From: Carcharhinus amblyrhynchos
Lineage: Eukaryota
Direction of reading: 5' to 3'
DNA length: 64,000 nucleotides
NCBI GenBank assembly: GCA_965287045.1
Contig: OZ336878.1
Span: 101,370,001 to 101,434,000, forward strand
Part shown: positions 13,081-26,089 of the stretch, one piece after another
How the letters are laid out: every line of letters begins with the position of its first letter
Position numbering within the stretch: position 1 is the first letter of the stretch
Program-made: the position numbers and the translations under genes
Notes under the pieces: generated by a model
Databases searched by the model: none
Told to the model about the DNA's origin: nothing
Seen by the model: the letters and a program-made list of their open reading frames with translations, nothing else

Positions 13081-14583
13081 GTATAGCCCAAGGCAACTCG
13101 CCACCACCTTCTCAAAGGAAATTATGACGGGCAGTAAATGCTGGTGTGGACAACGTCTACTTCCTTTGAATGAGTAAATATGTATTTTTTAAGAGAAATA
13201 AGGCAAGCTCATGAGAGAAAGTTAAATGAAAAGATGTACTAAAAAGCAGAGATGGGGCTGATTAAATGAGAGGACCCTCGTGAGGAGTATAAAACTAGCC
13301 CAAAATAGTCGGTTTGAATCGCCTGATATTCTTCTTAGTATCTACACAAAATATGGCCTCTACAGGTTCAGCTCTGCCTGCCTACCTATCAAAAAGGCAA
13401 TGGCTCTGGAAGTTGCAGATGATTTCCCCCATTAAATGGCTGAGCTATTGTTTTACAGCCGAGCACAAGCAAAATGCAACAAATCGCTGATACTGCCCTG
13501 AAAGCAAATGTTAGAACGGCGGTCGAGAAACAGAACCATGTCCGCTACACAAATGTTCACCCTCTGTGTCACTGGAGTGATTTCACAACTTGCCATACAG
13601 TACAACCCTAGTCCCTTCTGGAGTTAATTGAGAATAACCCCAGTTGAAACACTTTCAAATCTCAGGCACAGAAATCCAGCTTTCACCGGTGCTTAAATAG
13701 ATGTGCAGAATTGCAAAGTCTTCCCCTTAATGGGACACTAAGGCCAGTCGAGCTTCTTGCCTTCCCTCGACAGCCTTTTTCAAATAAATAACGAACAACG
13801 AGCTTGTAATTTTCTAGGATATTATTGGTGTTTGGCTGACAGTTCTTCTGTAATGTCCTCCAACATTGTAAGGAGAGTGGAGTTGTGTTCTTCATTATTG
13901 ACAAAGAATGAGAGAATGTAAACAATTTAAAGTGTACAGCATTGTATTGATGAACTGAACATGCATTCCAATTTCTAGATGGTGAGCATGAATTACTACT
14001 GCCTAATAACCTAAAAAAAGGTTAATAAAGCCTTATGCAAGATTAAAATTTAATTGCGATGGAGAGAGTGAAATCCCACTCATGTTGAAGTAAGGTTATC
14101 TTAATCCTCAAATGAGATTCACGTTTTGTCAAAGTTCTTGTCCTCATACGCTTACAGTGAATATAGGGACTGTATGGTTATTTTTAAAGACAGGTGTGTT
14201 TCTTTTGTGCTGAGGAGGGCATCCCTACTAAGCTTCCATATTTGGTGAAAAGACGGCTTATCATCATTTTTTTAATTCCATGAATTCATGGCTGAACCTG
14301 TCCCACAAAGGCGTGGACTGCTTAATGTTCATATTGGCCATTTGTTCTCTTAGTCATACGCTGGCCTTCTGTGAGAAATTATGACTCGGCCCCCACAGCT
14401 TTTCTGTTTGGTTATGGTTCTCATTATTGCTGCCAGCACTTTCCACTTTTCACACCACTTGCACATCAATTGACATTGTGTCATTGTCTTTTTTTAATTC
14501 TAGATTCTCGATATCGATGGAGTCACGTTGCTGTGACGAGGACTGCACTTTAACTTGTATCTGAGTGATAGCAGGCAATTGCT

Positions 14584-14606
14584 GTATATATATATATATA
14601 TATATA
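14584..14606. repeat. (TA)n microsatellite
   Basis: Directly visible. Confidence 0.9.
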
Positions 14607-15573
14607 GTTTCAGCTAAATGTTTAAAATTCAGCTTTATTCTGCAGGTAATCAGAATGTCTGGGCTAATGCAGCTCAAAGAGCTGCTGGGAGAATAGGGTA
14701 ATTTCTGATTTTAACCATGTCATTTGCACTTCAGAGAGAGCTAATGAATATATGTGTATAGATGGAAATTTCCCCTATGGTCTTGATTAAAGCAATGAAT
14801 GTGGGGGTTTAGCCATGCAGATTCATGTGATGATATTGTTAATTGGAGGAACTACATTGGTAACAGAGAAAAAAGAAACATCTTTTGTCTTCTATCTGGG
14901 GCTGGGGAGACAGATATCTATAAACTGCTCTGAATCTCAAAATCGCTCTCTGAAAGCTTTGAGGCAGCATACACTCATTAAAGCAAGTATATTTATGGTT
15001 GCTAACTCTATTTCAAGAGTCTATAAGACTATAAGAGTCTATAAGACAGTATTGCTCATTTAGAACTGAACCATTGTAAGCTAGAAATTTGAGTTGTTTC
15101 CTTTCATTTTTAACTGTTGTTCAGTTTTTTTAAATAATCAAGCTGTTTCCTTTGTTCGTTATAATCAAAACTATCTTCTCAAATAAAGTTGGTTTTACAA
15201 TGAAACATTTTAATTTGTCAGTGGAATGCTCCTGGAGTGACCAATCCTATCCTTACAATTGTGCCACAAAATGTTGGTCTCTAATCTGACCTCATGATTA
15301 CCTTGGACTTCTGGTCTGGAACTTTAACACAAACTATTTTTTTGATTTTTGTTGTAAAAAATAATGATATTTTATATGAGTCGACGCAGAAATAACTCTT
15401 CTATCTTCATATTCTGGGTACCATGTTCAGATTTGTTTACGTCTATCTTTTCTTTATCTCTGCCTGTTTCTGTTGTCATTCAGCTGAAGGAAATATGAGG
15501 ATAAACAGTGGTTCATGGATTAGAAACACTGGAAGTTGTCTATGTTTGCCTTCCTTCATTCAGTAACTCTTTT

Positions 15574-16457
15574 CTAAGCTGTTACATTATTAATTAATTG
15601 AACAATTGGTGTAACTGAATATTTCACTATCATCATAAGCTCCTGTCTGAACTTGGACTGAGTCACCCTGTTAAAAAAAATGTTTCTGCAGCAATTTAAT
15701 TTTAACAGCAATACTTTGACTTCATCAAAACTGTATCAAGAGTTTTTGTAATTCTTGGGATTTTTTTCCTGTAACATTGTAATATGTGAAATGTATAACA
15801 TGTAAAAGCCATGGAATTGTGAAGCTGCCAGATATGGTGACGTGTAAAATACAGACTTCCTCCTGTTGTCCATCTCTGCGTTTCTATGATCATCCCTTTT
15901 GCTCTGAGCCCTCAGTCTTTGATGGACTTGACTGTTTACTAAAATGCATCTGACTGTATGAATGCTGAGCAACAGAATAATTGCATATGGGACATTGGTG
16001 TTAAATCTTACACCCCAAGGTCTGCATAAAATCTTAATTTTTCATTGCAGAACCAGGGGACTTAATGAACGATTCCTCTACCTTCCAATCCAAAGTAAAA
16101 TGTCATGCTTTTAAACAGAGAAAAATGCCACATGATGCAATAACAGCTGCAGTTTTCTCGGTGCAATAATTCATTTTCAACTTCTGGCAATAAAAGGATA
16201 AGAATCGATCAAAAGAGAAAGTGACAGTGAGCCAGAAAGAGCAGTCTGGTGCTGCGAAAAGCAGGACAGTGAGGACGCTACACACTGAGGTAATTTTCAG
16301 AAACAATTGCAGGAAATAATAAAAACTGATCCTGAAGAGTATGACATTAACAATAATGACCAGAAAATCAGCTGTTGCCATGCCCGTCAGGCAGCAAGTA
16401 GTGCAGGCGGAGAGGTCACATTTTCAGACTGACAGGATCACAATTGCCAGTAAAGAA
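15574..16457 (-). pseudogene. GPR139: Divergent GPR139-like GPCR pseudogene (exon 2 only, different subfamily)
   Basis: LAIVILSV*KCDLS..MATADFLVII, DCSFWLTVTFSFDRF..CQKLKMNYCTEKTAAV, EMDNRRKSV, LNCCRNIFF..VTQSKFRQEL. Multiple stops and frameshifts, degraded acceptor. Confidence 0.82.
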
Positions 16458-16629
16458 CGCAAAAGAGGCTATAACTTGTTGATCAAAAATTCTCTGCTGC
16501 CGCTGGATTGAAGTCAGGTAATGCGAATACATTTTACAAAATAGCCTTAACAGCCTATGCCCAACATAGACCCATCTACTTTAGAGTTAAGCAGAGACAG
16601 GACAATGGGCGCTGAGTAACTGATCCTGA

Positions 16630-17180
16630 CTAATAAGGCTATGAGACGCAGGAGGCTAAGGAAATTCGGCATGCCCACTACGACTGTCACCAACTTTTAA
16701 GATACACCGTAGAGACCATCCTTTCTGATTGGCTCGCCGCTTGGCTCCTGCTCTGTCCAAGGTAGCAAGAATCTACAAAGGTCGTGAATGAAGCCCAGTC
16801 CATCACGCAAGCCAACCTCCCACCTAGTAACTCCTTCTATATTTCCGGCTGCCTTGGAAAAGCAGCCAGCGTAATCAAGGACCCCACGTACCACGGACAT
16901 ACTCTCTTCCACCATTTTCAGTCGGGAAAACGATGCAAATGTACGAAAAACTCAAGAACAGCTTTTTCCCTGCTGCCATCAGAATTTGCATGGACCTACC
17001 TTATGTTAAGATGATATTTCTCTGCACCATATCTGTGGCTGTAACACTACATTCTGCACTGTCTCCTTTCCTTCTCTTTAAACGGTATGCTTCGTCTGTC
17101 TAGCGTGCAAGAAACAGTACTTTTCACTGTATACTAATACATGTGACAAGAATAAATCAAATCAGATCAAATCAAATCAT
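16630..17180 (+). mobile_element. Rex1/Babar-type LINE 3' end
   Basis: RRLRKFGMP..TNF..TVETILS-like frame, ending in an aataaa(tcaaa)n tail. Confidence 0.7.
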
Positions 17181-18149
17181 CCGGCAGCCTTTGAATTTCA
17201 CCTGTTTCACAGATATAGTGCAATGTAACAGCTGAAGTGAGGGTGACAATAGGTTTGCGGAAAAGAAAAGTGCTTTCAGTGCACTGTCCTTTGAATCGCA
17301 TGCCCTTATCTTCCGTCTTATTTAACATCCACTGTACATTCTCCAACAGCATCCTATACAAGCATACCAAGTACAACGCTGCCCTTTCGCCACTTCCCTT
17401 CCCATTGTCTGCAGACCCAAGCACTCCTTCCAGAAGCAACGGTTTACCGGTACATCTTCCAATTCTGGCACAGCTTTTACTGCTCACAAAATAGTGTCCT
17501 CTATATTGGAGATGCTGAGTGAAAAATAACAAGGCCATTACAATTGCAAATTAAGGAGAGTGATTACTATCCAGAGCAGTAGAGTAATATCTAATATCAG
17601 AAGACAAATTGTACTTTTTGCAGAACATTGATAATATTACACCTATCGCATTGATCTCCATAGTACAAGAAGATATTAAGGAATTCAAGATGGTTGAACA
17701 TATTTTACAATGATGATATCAGTATATGCCAGATTATGACTAGCTGGGAGGGAGGAACAGGTTGGGCATCTTTTCCTTCGTAAAAGGAAATCTGAGGCTG
17801 TAAATTCGATTGCGTTAGAGCGTGAACATCGAGACGATGGTTCCAGTTCGTGAGGTCTCTAAAATGAAAAACAATCCGTTTAATCGCTAATGAGCCCAAA
17901 TCAGAACTCAGGAGAAATATCTCTAATCAGAGAGATTGAATGTGGAACTCAGTATAACGCGGAGCAAGTGTGATGACTACAACACATTTATTTGAATCCA
18001 TGAGGTACAAAGCAGCAGAATGCCACAGAAGGACCACATTGGAACAATTAAATAAATGGAAGATGAAAGCGACCTAGTCATGAGAAAAGCGCTCGTTGTA
18101 AGGGGCAGACGGAAGCGCACCGTTACACTAAAGAAGAACATGTTTAATG

Positions 18150-19200
18150 CAGAAGTAAATGGAAAAATGTAACACGTTATAATTGCAACAAAGTTGCATA
18201 CACGAAGTCGAATCGCTGGAAGTTTGTTGGGAGTCTGATTGCACTGAAAAGTTCTAAACCAAAGGTGAACGGAAAAAGTTGGGACATAGGAGGTGGAATT
18301 GTTGGAAGCTAAATGGGAGCTCGGTTGCACTGAAATGTTCTAAAACAAAGGTGAAGGGCAGATGATGATATGTTATCATTGCAACAAGATTATTGAATTA
18401 TTGGAAGTTAAACGGGACACAGGTTGCACATAAAAAACCTAAGAGTTCTGTAAATGTGCTTTGGCCTCTGTCTCAAGAGAGGACAAGTGCAGAGCGTTCG
18501 TACAGGTTCACAGCGAACAATTCGAATTAGCTAGAGAGATGGATAGAGAGATTAATCTACACCGGAAAATTCGGCGGACAGGCTACATAGATGTTCAAAA
18601 TTTTCATATCTGTGGGGAAATTGTATAACTCTTGTGTTTCTGGACAAGAAACACAATCTGTCGACATTTTGAGAGGTACGGTTAGCAGTTACAAATATAG
18701 TGTGCTAGTGCCATCTGTTGTCCAGAAGGGTTATTGCAGGTTGATGTTCCGTTTCTCCACAGATTCAATTTGAAACTTAATTTGAAAACTGGGGAGGCAA
18801 ATACTGGTGTGATAGAGAAATTGTCCATTACAGGAGTTCAAATCATTTTTGGAAATGATACAGTTACATCTTAAACATTGACCACACGTACAGAAGTAGA
18901 AAGACCAATTGAAATACAATCAATGAATGTGATACAACAGGAGCATCCAGGCTGTGTGGTGACAAGACACCAAATAATACAGGGTAGATCCAAAAACACA
19001 GGAGGCAGATGCCAAACCTCAGGTGGCTGGGGCTATTTTTAATACCATTCCTCAGGAGGAGAAAGTTAGAGGAAATGTGGCTGAGGTGCTTAGCCCATCG
19101 AATGTAGTGGAATTATAGCATAATGACCAGAATGCAAACACTTATACAAGCAAGCTGTGATAGAGTGTCATTTTTTTCCCTCCCAAAGCATCAGAAAGAA
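18150..19200 (+). mobile_element. Gmr1-like Gypsy gag/protease remnant
   Basis: Degenerate zinc knuckle (YNCNKVAYTKSNRWK) and VDILRGT protease-like motif. Similar to 56330-57100. Confidence 0.5.
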
Positions 19201-19204
19201 TGAA

Positions 19205-20350
19205 GTGCTGGACGCTTACATTATCAGTTAGATTATCAGTATAATGCTATACACAGGGCAGGGGAACACAATGTGAATGCTGACGCATTGATTGGTGTTT
19301 CACTACTGCATTTGCCATCAAAGACAATTCTCTTATTCGAGAGACTGGGATCTTCTCCAGTAAACGTGAAGCAGACGGAGCAGCGGACGGACAGAGATCC
19401 TAATCTGTCACAAGTTGAAAGATTTCTGACGCAATGATGGCCATCTATCTTCCAAGGTGTTGAGTTGAAACTTTCTGTGAAGCAGATGGATGAGTTAATG
19501 GTCGGATGTATACAGGTCATCATGAGAGGTCGTCCCAACCTTTGTTATTTTCAAGTAATCCAGGTGCTTCTATAATGAAAAGGCAAGTCAGGTCATATGA
19601 TTGGTGTCTAATATGGATCTGGTCTTGGAGTCCAAGGTAAAATCATGGTAGAAATGCCCAATAAACCAGAAGATAGCGCCACCAGCACCACTTCACCCTT
19701 GGGAGTGGCCTATAGGGGTCCGAGTTCCATGCTGACTTTGTGACACCTTCCATGAACCAAGGCCGGAATTATCCCATCCAGCCCGCCAATGGAATTGTCG
19801 CGGGCGCGGGGCGGACCATGTAAAGGTCCATTGGAATCGGGCGGGATTCTCTGTTTTCCGGCGAGCGCAACCCGCCAATAACATGTTTTTGGTTGTTGTG
19901 GATGCACTTTCAAAATGGTTGGAAGTGCAGATCATGACGAATATTATCGCTTCTCAGACAATTGTTGTGACTCATTGTGTACCAGATTTGCTTGTGTTGG
20001 ACAAGAGAGCTTGTTTTTTAATTGAATTGTTTCAAGAATTCATGCAAAAAAAGGAATGATTTCCACTATTTGCATCTGTGCATTCTGTCTGCGCTGTTTC
20101 ATCTGGCTTCGAATGATTTAGCGGAGTGATCTGTTCAAACTCTGAAGGCCGGATCGAAGAGAATGGCAGGTGATCATTTGAGTACAAAGCTCTCTAGTTT
20201 ATTCCAGTACTGCATCACGCCACAATCCGCATCCTGGCTTCCTCCAGCAGAATTGTTGTCAAGTAGAAGGCCAAAGTCTCACCAGGAATTGATTCAATTC
20301 GATTTCAGCGTAAAACTGAGCAGGAGACAAGGGAAGCAATATTATGTATT
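19205..20350 (+). mobile_element. Gypsy pol remnant (RNase H end and integrase), second family, interrupted by a GC-rich MITE at about 19762-19878
   Basis: Degenerate Y..HRAGEHNVNADAL, HPWEWP and MFLVVVDALSKWLEV motifs. Confidence 0.65.
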
Positions 20351-21899
20351 GTGTGACTCACTTCTGGGGTCGGATTTTCCAACCTCATCTGCAGCTGGGA
20401 TTATCCGTTCCCGCTGAAGTGAATGGAGTTTTGGCTGAGCACAAATTCTCCATTCTCGCTGTCAGCGGTAACGGGGAGTAGAGTTTTCAAGAGGCTTCAC
20501 ACTTTATTTAGGAACAAGAATGTATTTACTGATAAAGAGGATTAGGTATATGAGGTACTGCAGCACTAGGCTGCCGAAGGCTACAGCTCCAGTTCTTGCA
20601 CGCTAATTTCCTGACTGTTATATATAAACTGATCGAGAGAGGACTCCATCCACTGGGGTGATCAATCACTCTCTGTTCCCATTGGTCTCTCAAGTCAGGT
20701 GACACTCGTTTGCAGTATTGTCTTAAGGAGGCAACATTATAAACACAATTACCCTCCTCTAACTTACTATGCAATCTTCAAAATCGAATTACTCAACCCA
20801 CATTCTAAAGAATCACAATAGTCACAACTTGGGCATTTGTAAATCGATGTAGTCATTGTTTAATTCAGGGGTCTTGAGGGTTGTGTTTAATGTAACACTT
20901 CGAGAATGCTTCAAATATGCACAATATAATCTTGCATGGGCTTGGAGCTTTCCCAGTTCTGTTTTAGTTATGTGCTCAGCAGAAGACTACATACTTTATT
21001 CTGTGCACAGTGCCACTCGCCATTCCACTATTAGTTATTTTCTCTGCCAGTAAACTTTCTCTACAATGCCTCCAGGTGCTGTCATTGCAATACAGCACAT
21101 TCTTACATCCTAACAGTTCATGCACAATCTTAGTCTCTCACTTGTGAAGGAAATTCCTTGTACTCACTTCATGACAATGTTTCTTCCGTGCCTAGCATCT
21201 CCAAGTAGCATGTTTTCTATCGACCATTTTATCAGCTTACTTGTGTTTTTCTGCTGTATGAACATTTACAGCAATCTTATAATTTCGATTACATGTAATC
21301 TCAGTTTCCTTCTGAAGAAGGGAAAGGGTTAATGAATTTTGTACCTAGAATATATCACAAACATAACCCTTCATCATGGCTGATCTTCTCAGGCTTATAT
21401 TGCTCCTGGTGTTAATGTAAATTACTTGTTCATGTCTTTCATACTTTAACTTTCATAAAGACAAATAGCCAGATGTGAATGTAAAGACAAATGGTCAGAT
21501 GTGAATATAGATGGTCAGATGTGAATGTTATTTTGTAGACATTGCAAGCCTTGCCTGTTGATGTTAATCACACAAGTAACTTCAAAGACGGAGATACTGA
21601 AGCAGTCACAGGCGTTGTAATTGAAGAAGGAAGATTTTGACTGAAATTGGAAGTTTGTGTCATGTTTGTCACTAAGAATCATGATGTATAAATACCCGCT
21701 TATATTTGTGCTCCACAAAAAATCTGGCAGTCCATTCTTAGGAACCAGTTCTCCCAAAGCTCTGGAATAAAAGCCAAAGCTTTGAAATAAAAGCCACTGT
21801 AGTTTGATTCACTAACAGTCTCGGAGTTATTATTTTACCTACAACACCTTCTGTGGCTTAATTATTGATTGCTCTACTTTTCTCTGGCCCAACCCTTTG

Positions 21900-23760
21900 A
21901 TGAACTGACAATTTCAAGCCATCCGTCTTTGTTAAAAAGTTGTCTGCAGTCACCACAGTCTTTAAGCTACTTCCAATCCTGTTTTAACTCATATTTATTT
22001 CCCAACTGTTGCCTTCCAATCTCTCACTCAAATGAGAGCTGATTTGTCTGTGTCTGTTGATTAAGAAGTTCTTCTTGGTTTCTGAATCACATTCTCAGAA
22101 CGTACAAGTTTTTCCCTGTCCGTTTGACACATAATCATTGTTTCATCTGGACTCCAACCTTGATTTTCATCAAAAGTGAGAAATTTTCATCAACTAATAT
22201 TTTTCAACCCCTGAAGAGTCTGTAACTGAACACATCTGAAAACCATTTCGTTTTTTTCTTTCTCATGTTTCTGTCAGAATAACTTTCTTTTGCCGAAGAT
22301 AATCACAATCATGCTTTAGACTTGTTCTGCCTTTGTGACAAATTCAGTTTTTTTTTGTTTTCCATTTGCAGAGCATTTCAGCAGCTTCTTGATTGATTGG
22401 CCTTTTCAACTGATTGAAAGTGGGAATTAGTATTTATTGGTAATGGGATAATGTTACTGACAGTGGGAATATAGTCACAAGAGGCGTCAACTTAATAGAA
22501 TTACAGCAAAGGTGATTGTCAGTGAGTTAATCAAATTCTTCAAAATATCCCACTTGCAAAATAAATACAATTTGATCAGGGTTGAAAATTCACATCAAAT
22601 CTGTTTTAAAAAATGATACACAGCCTGGGAATAAAACAAATCAGTTCATCATCTTATCACCCTGAATCGCAAGATGTTCTGGAAATCTTACAAACAAGAG
22701 ATTAGAGTGTACCTTCATACTTGGAAATGGGAAATTCCATCCTCGTTGTTTGTTATTACTGACACCCAGAATAAGTCAAAAGTGTTCAGTCTTTCGAAGT
22801 AATTTATGATTAAGAAATAAGGGGATTATTCAAACTAATTCAGAAGAAATTAGTGAATCAGAGCTGTGAAATTATTATCCTGAATTGTTGAATGATATTC
22901 GGAGAAATTTTGAGTAGGGTTGTGAGATTGGCAGGAAGGATAGCATTGTAAGATATCTCAACAAGTCTTTAAGGCAAAGGAAGAAGTAAGTTGATTGTCA
23001 ATTTGGAGTTGAGGTGTGAGGAGAGATAGGGGGATGCTTGTAATGTTGCTGGTCTCACGTGAACAATTGGAAGCAAGGTTTAGGGATCTTTATCAGATCG
23101 ACAATAAATGTGACAAGCTAAGATATATGGTGAATATTCTATGTTGGAGAAAGATTTAGAGTGTGTTCCATGTCAACATGCTCAATTGGTACAAGTGGGA
23201 TAAATAGGAGCAGGTGTGTGTAAAAGAAGGAAAAAACAGGGGCTACCATGTGCAATCCTTACTTGGTCAGGCCTATATCTGCTCCAAGGCCACAGCAATG
23301 TATTAGACTGTGCTTGACAGCTTAAAGACTGTACCAATTAATACACCTGTTCTAGCAGCACCTGATATAATGAACACATTCTAAAATGGTTGTTGATACA
23401 TGGGCATTGGTGCTGTTTTACTTCAGGAAGATCAAATGGGATTTGAGAAATCAATAGGATATCTTTCACAGAAGTAACAGCACATCAGAAGAAATATCCA
23501 ACTGTGGGAAATGAGACAATCAGTTTTTGAAGACTATATTGTGAGCCACTCTTCAGAGATGATTACCTGTACGGAGCCCAATTTCTTGAAGTTTCTGTAG
23601 ATCTTTTGGGATATAAATGCAGGACTCTTCCAGTAGAGATTACTAATGCAAGCATTCAATGTGAAAATGATCCATGTGACTGGATGGAAGGTGTCATTGC
23701 AGAGGTCAAGAATTTAAATTCAAAGGACTTGGAAGTGGTAGTCGAAAAGTTGAGTGAAAC
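21900..23760 (+). mobile_element. Gmr1-like Gypsy remnant (integrase, RNase H) with an adjoining inverted gag fragment at about 21900-22330
   Basis: Integrase core (LIDC..YLL..; QFDQG..NFTS; SSSYHPESQ) followed by an RNase H-like segment. Paralog of 1-730. Confidence 0.6.
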
Positions 23761-25774
23761 TAATTTCTTTCCAAAGACTTGTGAATATTTTCATTGTTTA
23801 TTCAAATAGCCGACTATAAAGTGTAATAACAAATGCACAAAGAAAAGGAAAACTTCTTTCAAAAATGATATTTCATTCTTTTTCTAACAATTTTTTTTAA
23901 TATTCCTGTGATTGTATTCCCTGTGTAAATAAAAAAAGAATGTATGTGCGTGTGTGTGTGAGAGAGAGAGAGAGAGAGAAAAGGGTTAGTTGAAGGGGGA
24001 AGGTTACAAGGGATAGATTGTCTGTGAGGCTTAAGATATGAAAGGCTGAGGTGTTAGATTTGTGCATTTGTAATGAGAGGTTATGGAGGGTTCTAGCTAC
24101 AAATGAATAGGCTGGTTCGAAATGTGCTTTGTGAGAAAATGGTGAAACTAGTGTTTGAACTGGTAAATTTTAAAAGCGAATGTAGAGATGTCGAGGAATA
24201 TCTGCATCCTTCAGGAGTCCCATGAATAAACAACGGTACATTAAATTTCATTGACCCGAAAATAGAGACAAAGTAGAAAATATGATGTTGAGTTCGAAGA
24301 TGTGTTTAAGAACAATGGAACCTGAGATAAAAAAAGGGGAAATTTGTTTTAGAAATGGAATGCTTAACTGAGTCGAGTGGCTGTGTGGGAAAACCCTGGG
24401 GAACAAGTCATTGGTGTTGGCTGCTGAGAGGCTGTGAAGATTTTGAATTGGAAGCAGCCTGTCCGTGTAAAACCCAGAGACTGTTTGTTTTAGGAAACCT
24501 TTTATTTAAACTGGACTGTATTAATGCACATCTTACTTTATAACAAAAACATCTCCAGTAGGATAATCAAACAGTAATCCAGATTACAGGGGTTATGGAG
24601 TTCTGTTCCCATTTGACTCAGTCAGCGAAACACGTTGAAACGAACAACAGCCTTTATAGCTGCAAAAACACAATGACATTTCACAAACATGCGTTTTGGT
24701 TCACCTGAATATTTACTTCCCAGGACAGTTGTTGCCGCTGCACATCTTCCAAGATGTTACTGATCTTACCTGAGAGCATTTGATGTAAAGGCAATGGGTT
24801 GTTGTCGTTCAGTTAATATTAAACTTAACCCTGTTATGATCCAGCTAATTTGAGGGCAAAGCCTCGTGCTGATAAAGATCAGAAATACACCAGCAGAACT
24901 CATTTTATGCATTGATGTCAAGCTGGGCCACATGGCTATGGATTATTCAACGATCAGAAGAACCAATCCGAAGATTTAAATGAAAGTAAATGTTCATTGC
25001 CGATAAATTTGTTTTCCAAAATAATTGATGTTTTTGTGCGTGATGAACTAAGGAAGAATGATAAAAATGGCGATGGATGGTATCCACTAAAGAAGCATTG
25101 TGTGTGTTGTGTTGTTTGAAGCAGTTTGATCTTCACTTGTCTAAGCAAAGTTATTTTTTCAGCTATTATTCACCGAACCACGGTTAAAATACTATGATTG
25201 TTTCTACTCTGTATTGGCTATGGAGCCAAACACGGATAGTGTCTCCGCTGGAAGGGGGAATCGCATGATGTTCTGTTTGCATTAATCCAACCACTATCCT
25301 AGGCGTCTAACCTAACTGTTCGCACTCCTGCCCTGTCCTAATATTACACAGTAGGCGACTACGTTAATTCATTTATAATTTTATTGTGTTGTAAAAGTGA
25401 ACATTTCGCACCAATCATGCTGATGTTATGTTTTGTGGTTCTTCATTTTGGGAAATTGCATCCTCCAACTCACTTCTCAGTAAATTCTAATAATCAGCAT
25501 ATCCTTCCCTTATAACACCAATTACAAACCTATTGGAAATAATTGAAATGTGTTTTAAATATTACATCAAATTGATATCTTCTTCATTCTTTCATGGAGT
25601 GGCACCGACATTTGTTGCCCACCCACAATTTTCCTTCAATTGAATAGATTACTATGCAATTTCTGAGGGGAGTTTCGAGTCAAAAACATTTCCGTCTGCC
25701 TGGCTTAGCCAACATTGCTTATTTCTCGTAAATCAAGAGAAATTAATTAGCTGCTCTGGGTATCCTATCCGACA

Positions 25775-25915
25775 TTGAGTTTGTGTCTTTGTGCCCTGTT
25801 TATGATTAGAATTCTGACCCACCTGACAAAGGGACAGCCTGTTCTGAAAGCTAGTGGCATTTGTTACAAATAAAGCTGTTGGATTTTAAGCTGGTGTTGT
25901 GAGACTTCTTTCTGT
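25775..25915 (+). mobile_element. Penelope terminal-repeat fragment
   Basis: cacctgacaaagggacagcctgttctgaaagctagtgg..aataaagctgttggattttaagctggtgttgtgagac. Absent at the unit A site (about 3035). Confidence 0.65.
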
Positions 25916-26089
25916 TTTTATCCCATCTAACAACATGACATTTGTCGATAGCCCTACCAGACACCACTACCATCACCCCATCGACCTGAACCTTATTCTC
26001 ATATAATGGAAACATTCATGGATTTTAAATGTATATTACCAGAGTGACCATCACCGTGATGTACAAAGTGTTCATAAAATTCTGTGTGT

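Noticed and set aside
16460-18100. Exon 1 for the 15.6-16.5-kb GPR139-like pseudogene
   Set aside because: No YP..(A/V)GxP plus GT donor found. The region is Rex1, Penelope and CR1 debris.
21410-21846. Possible solo LTR (TG...CA with AATAAA)
   Set aside because: No clear target-site duplication and no second copy in the window.
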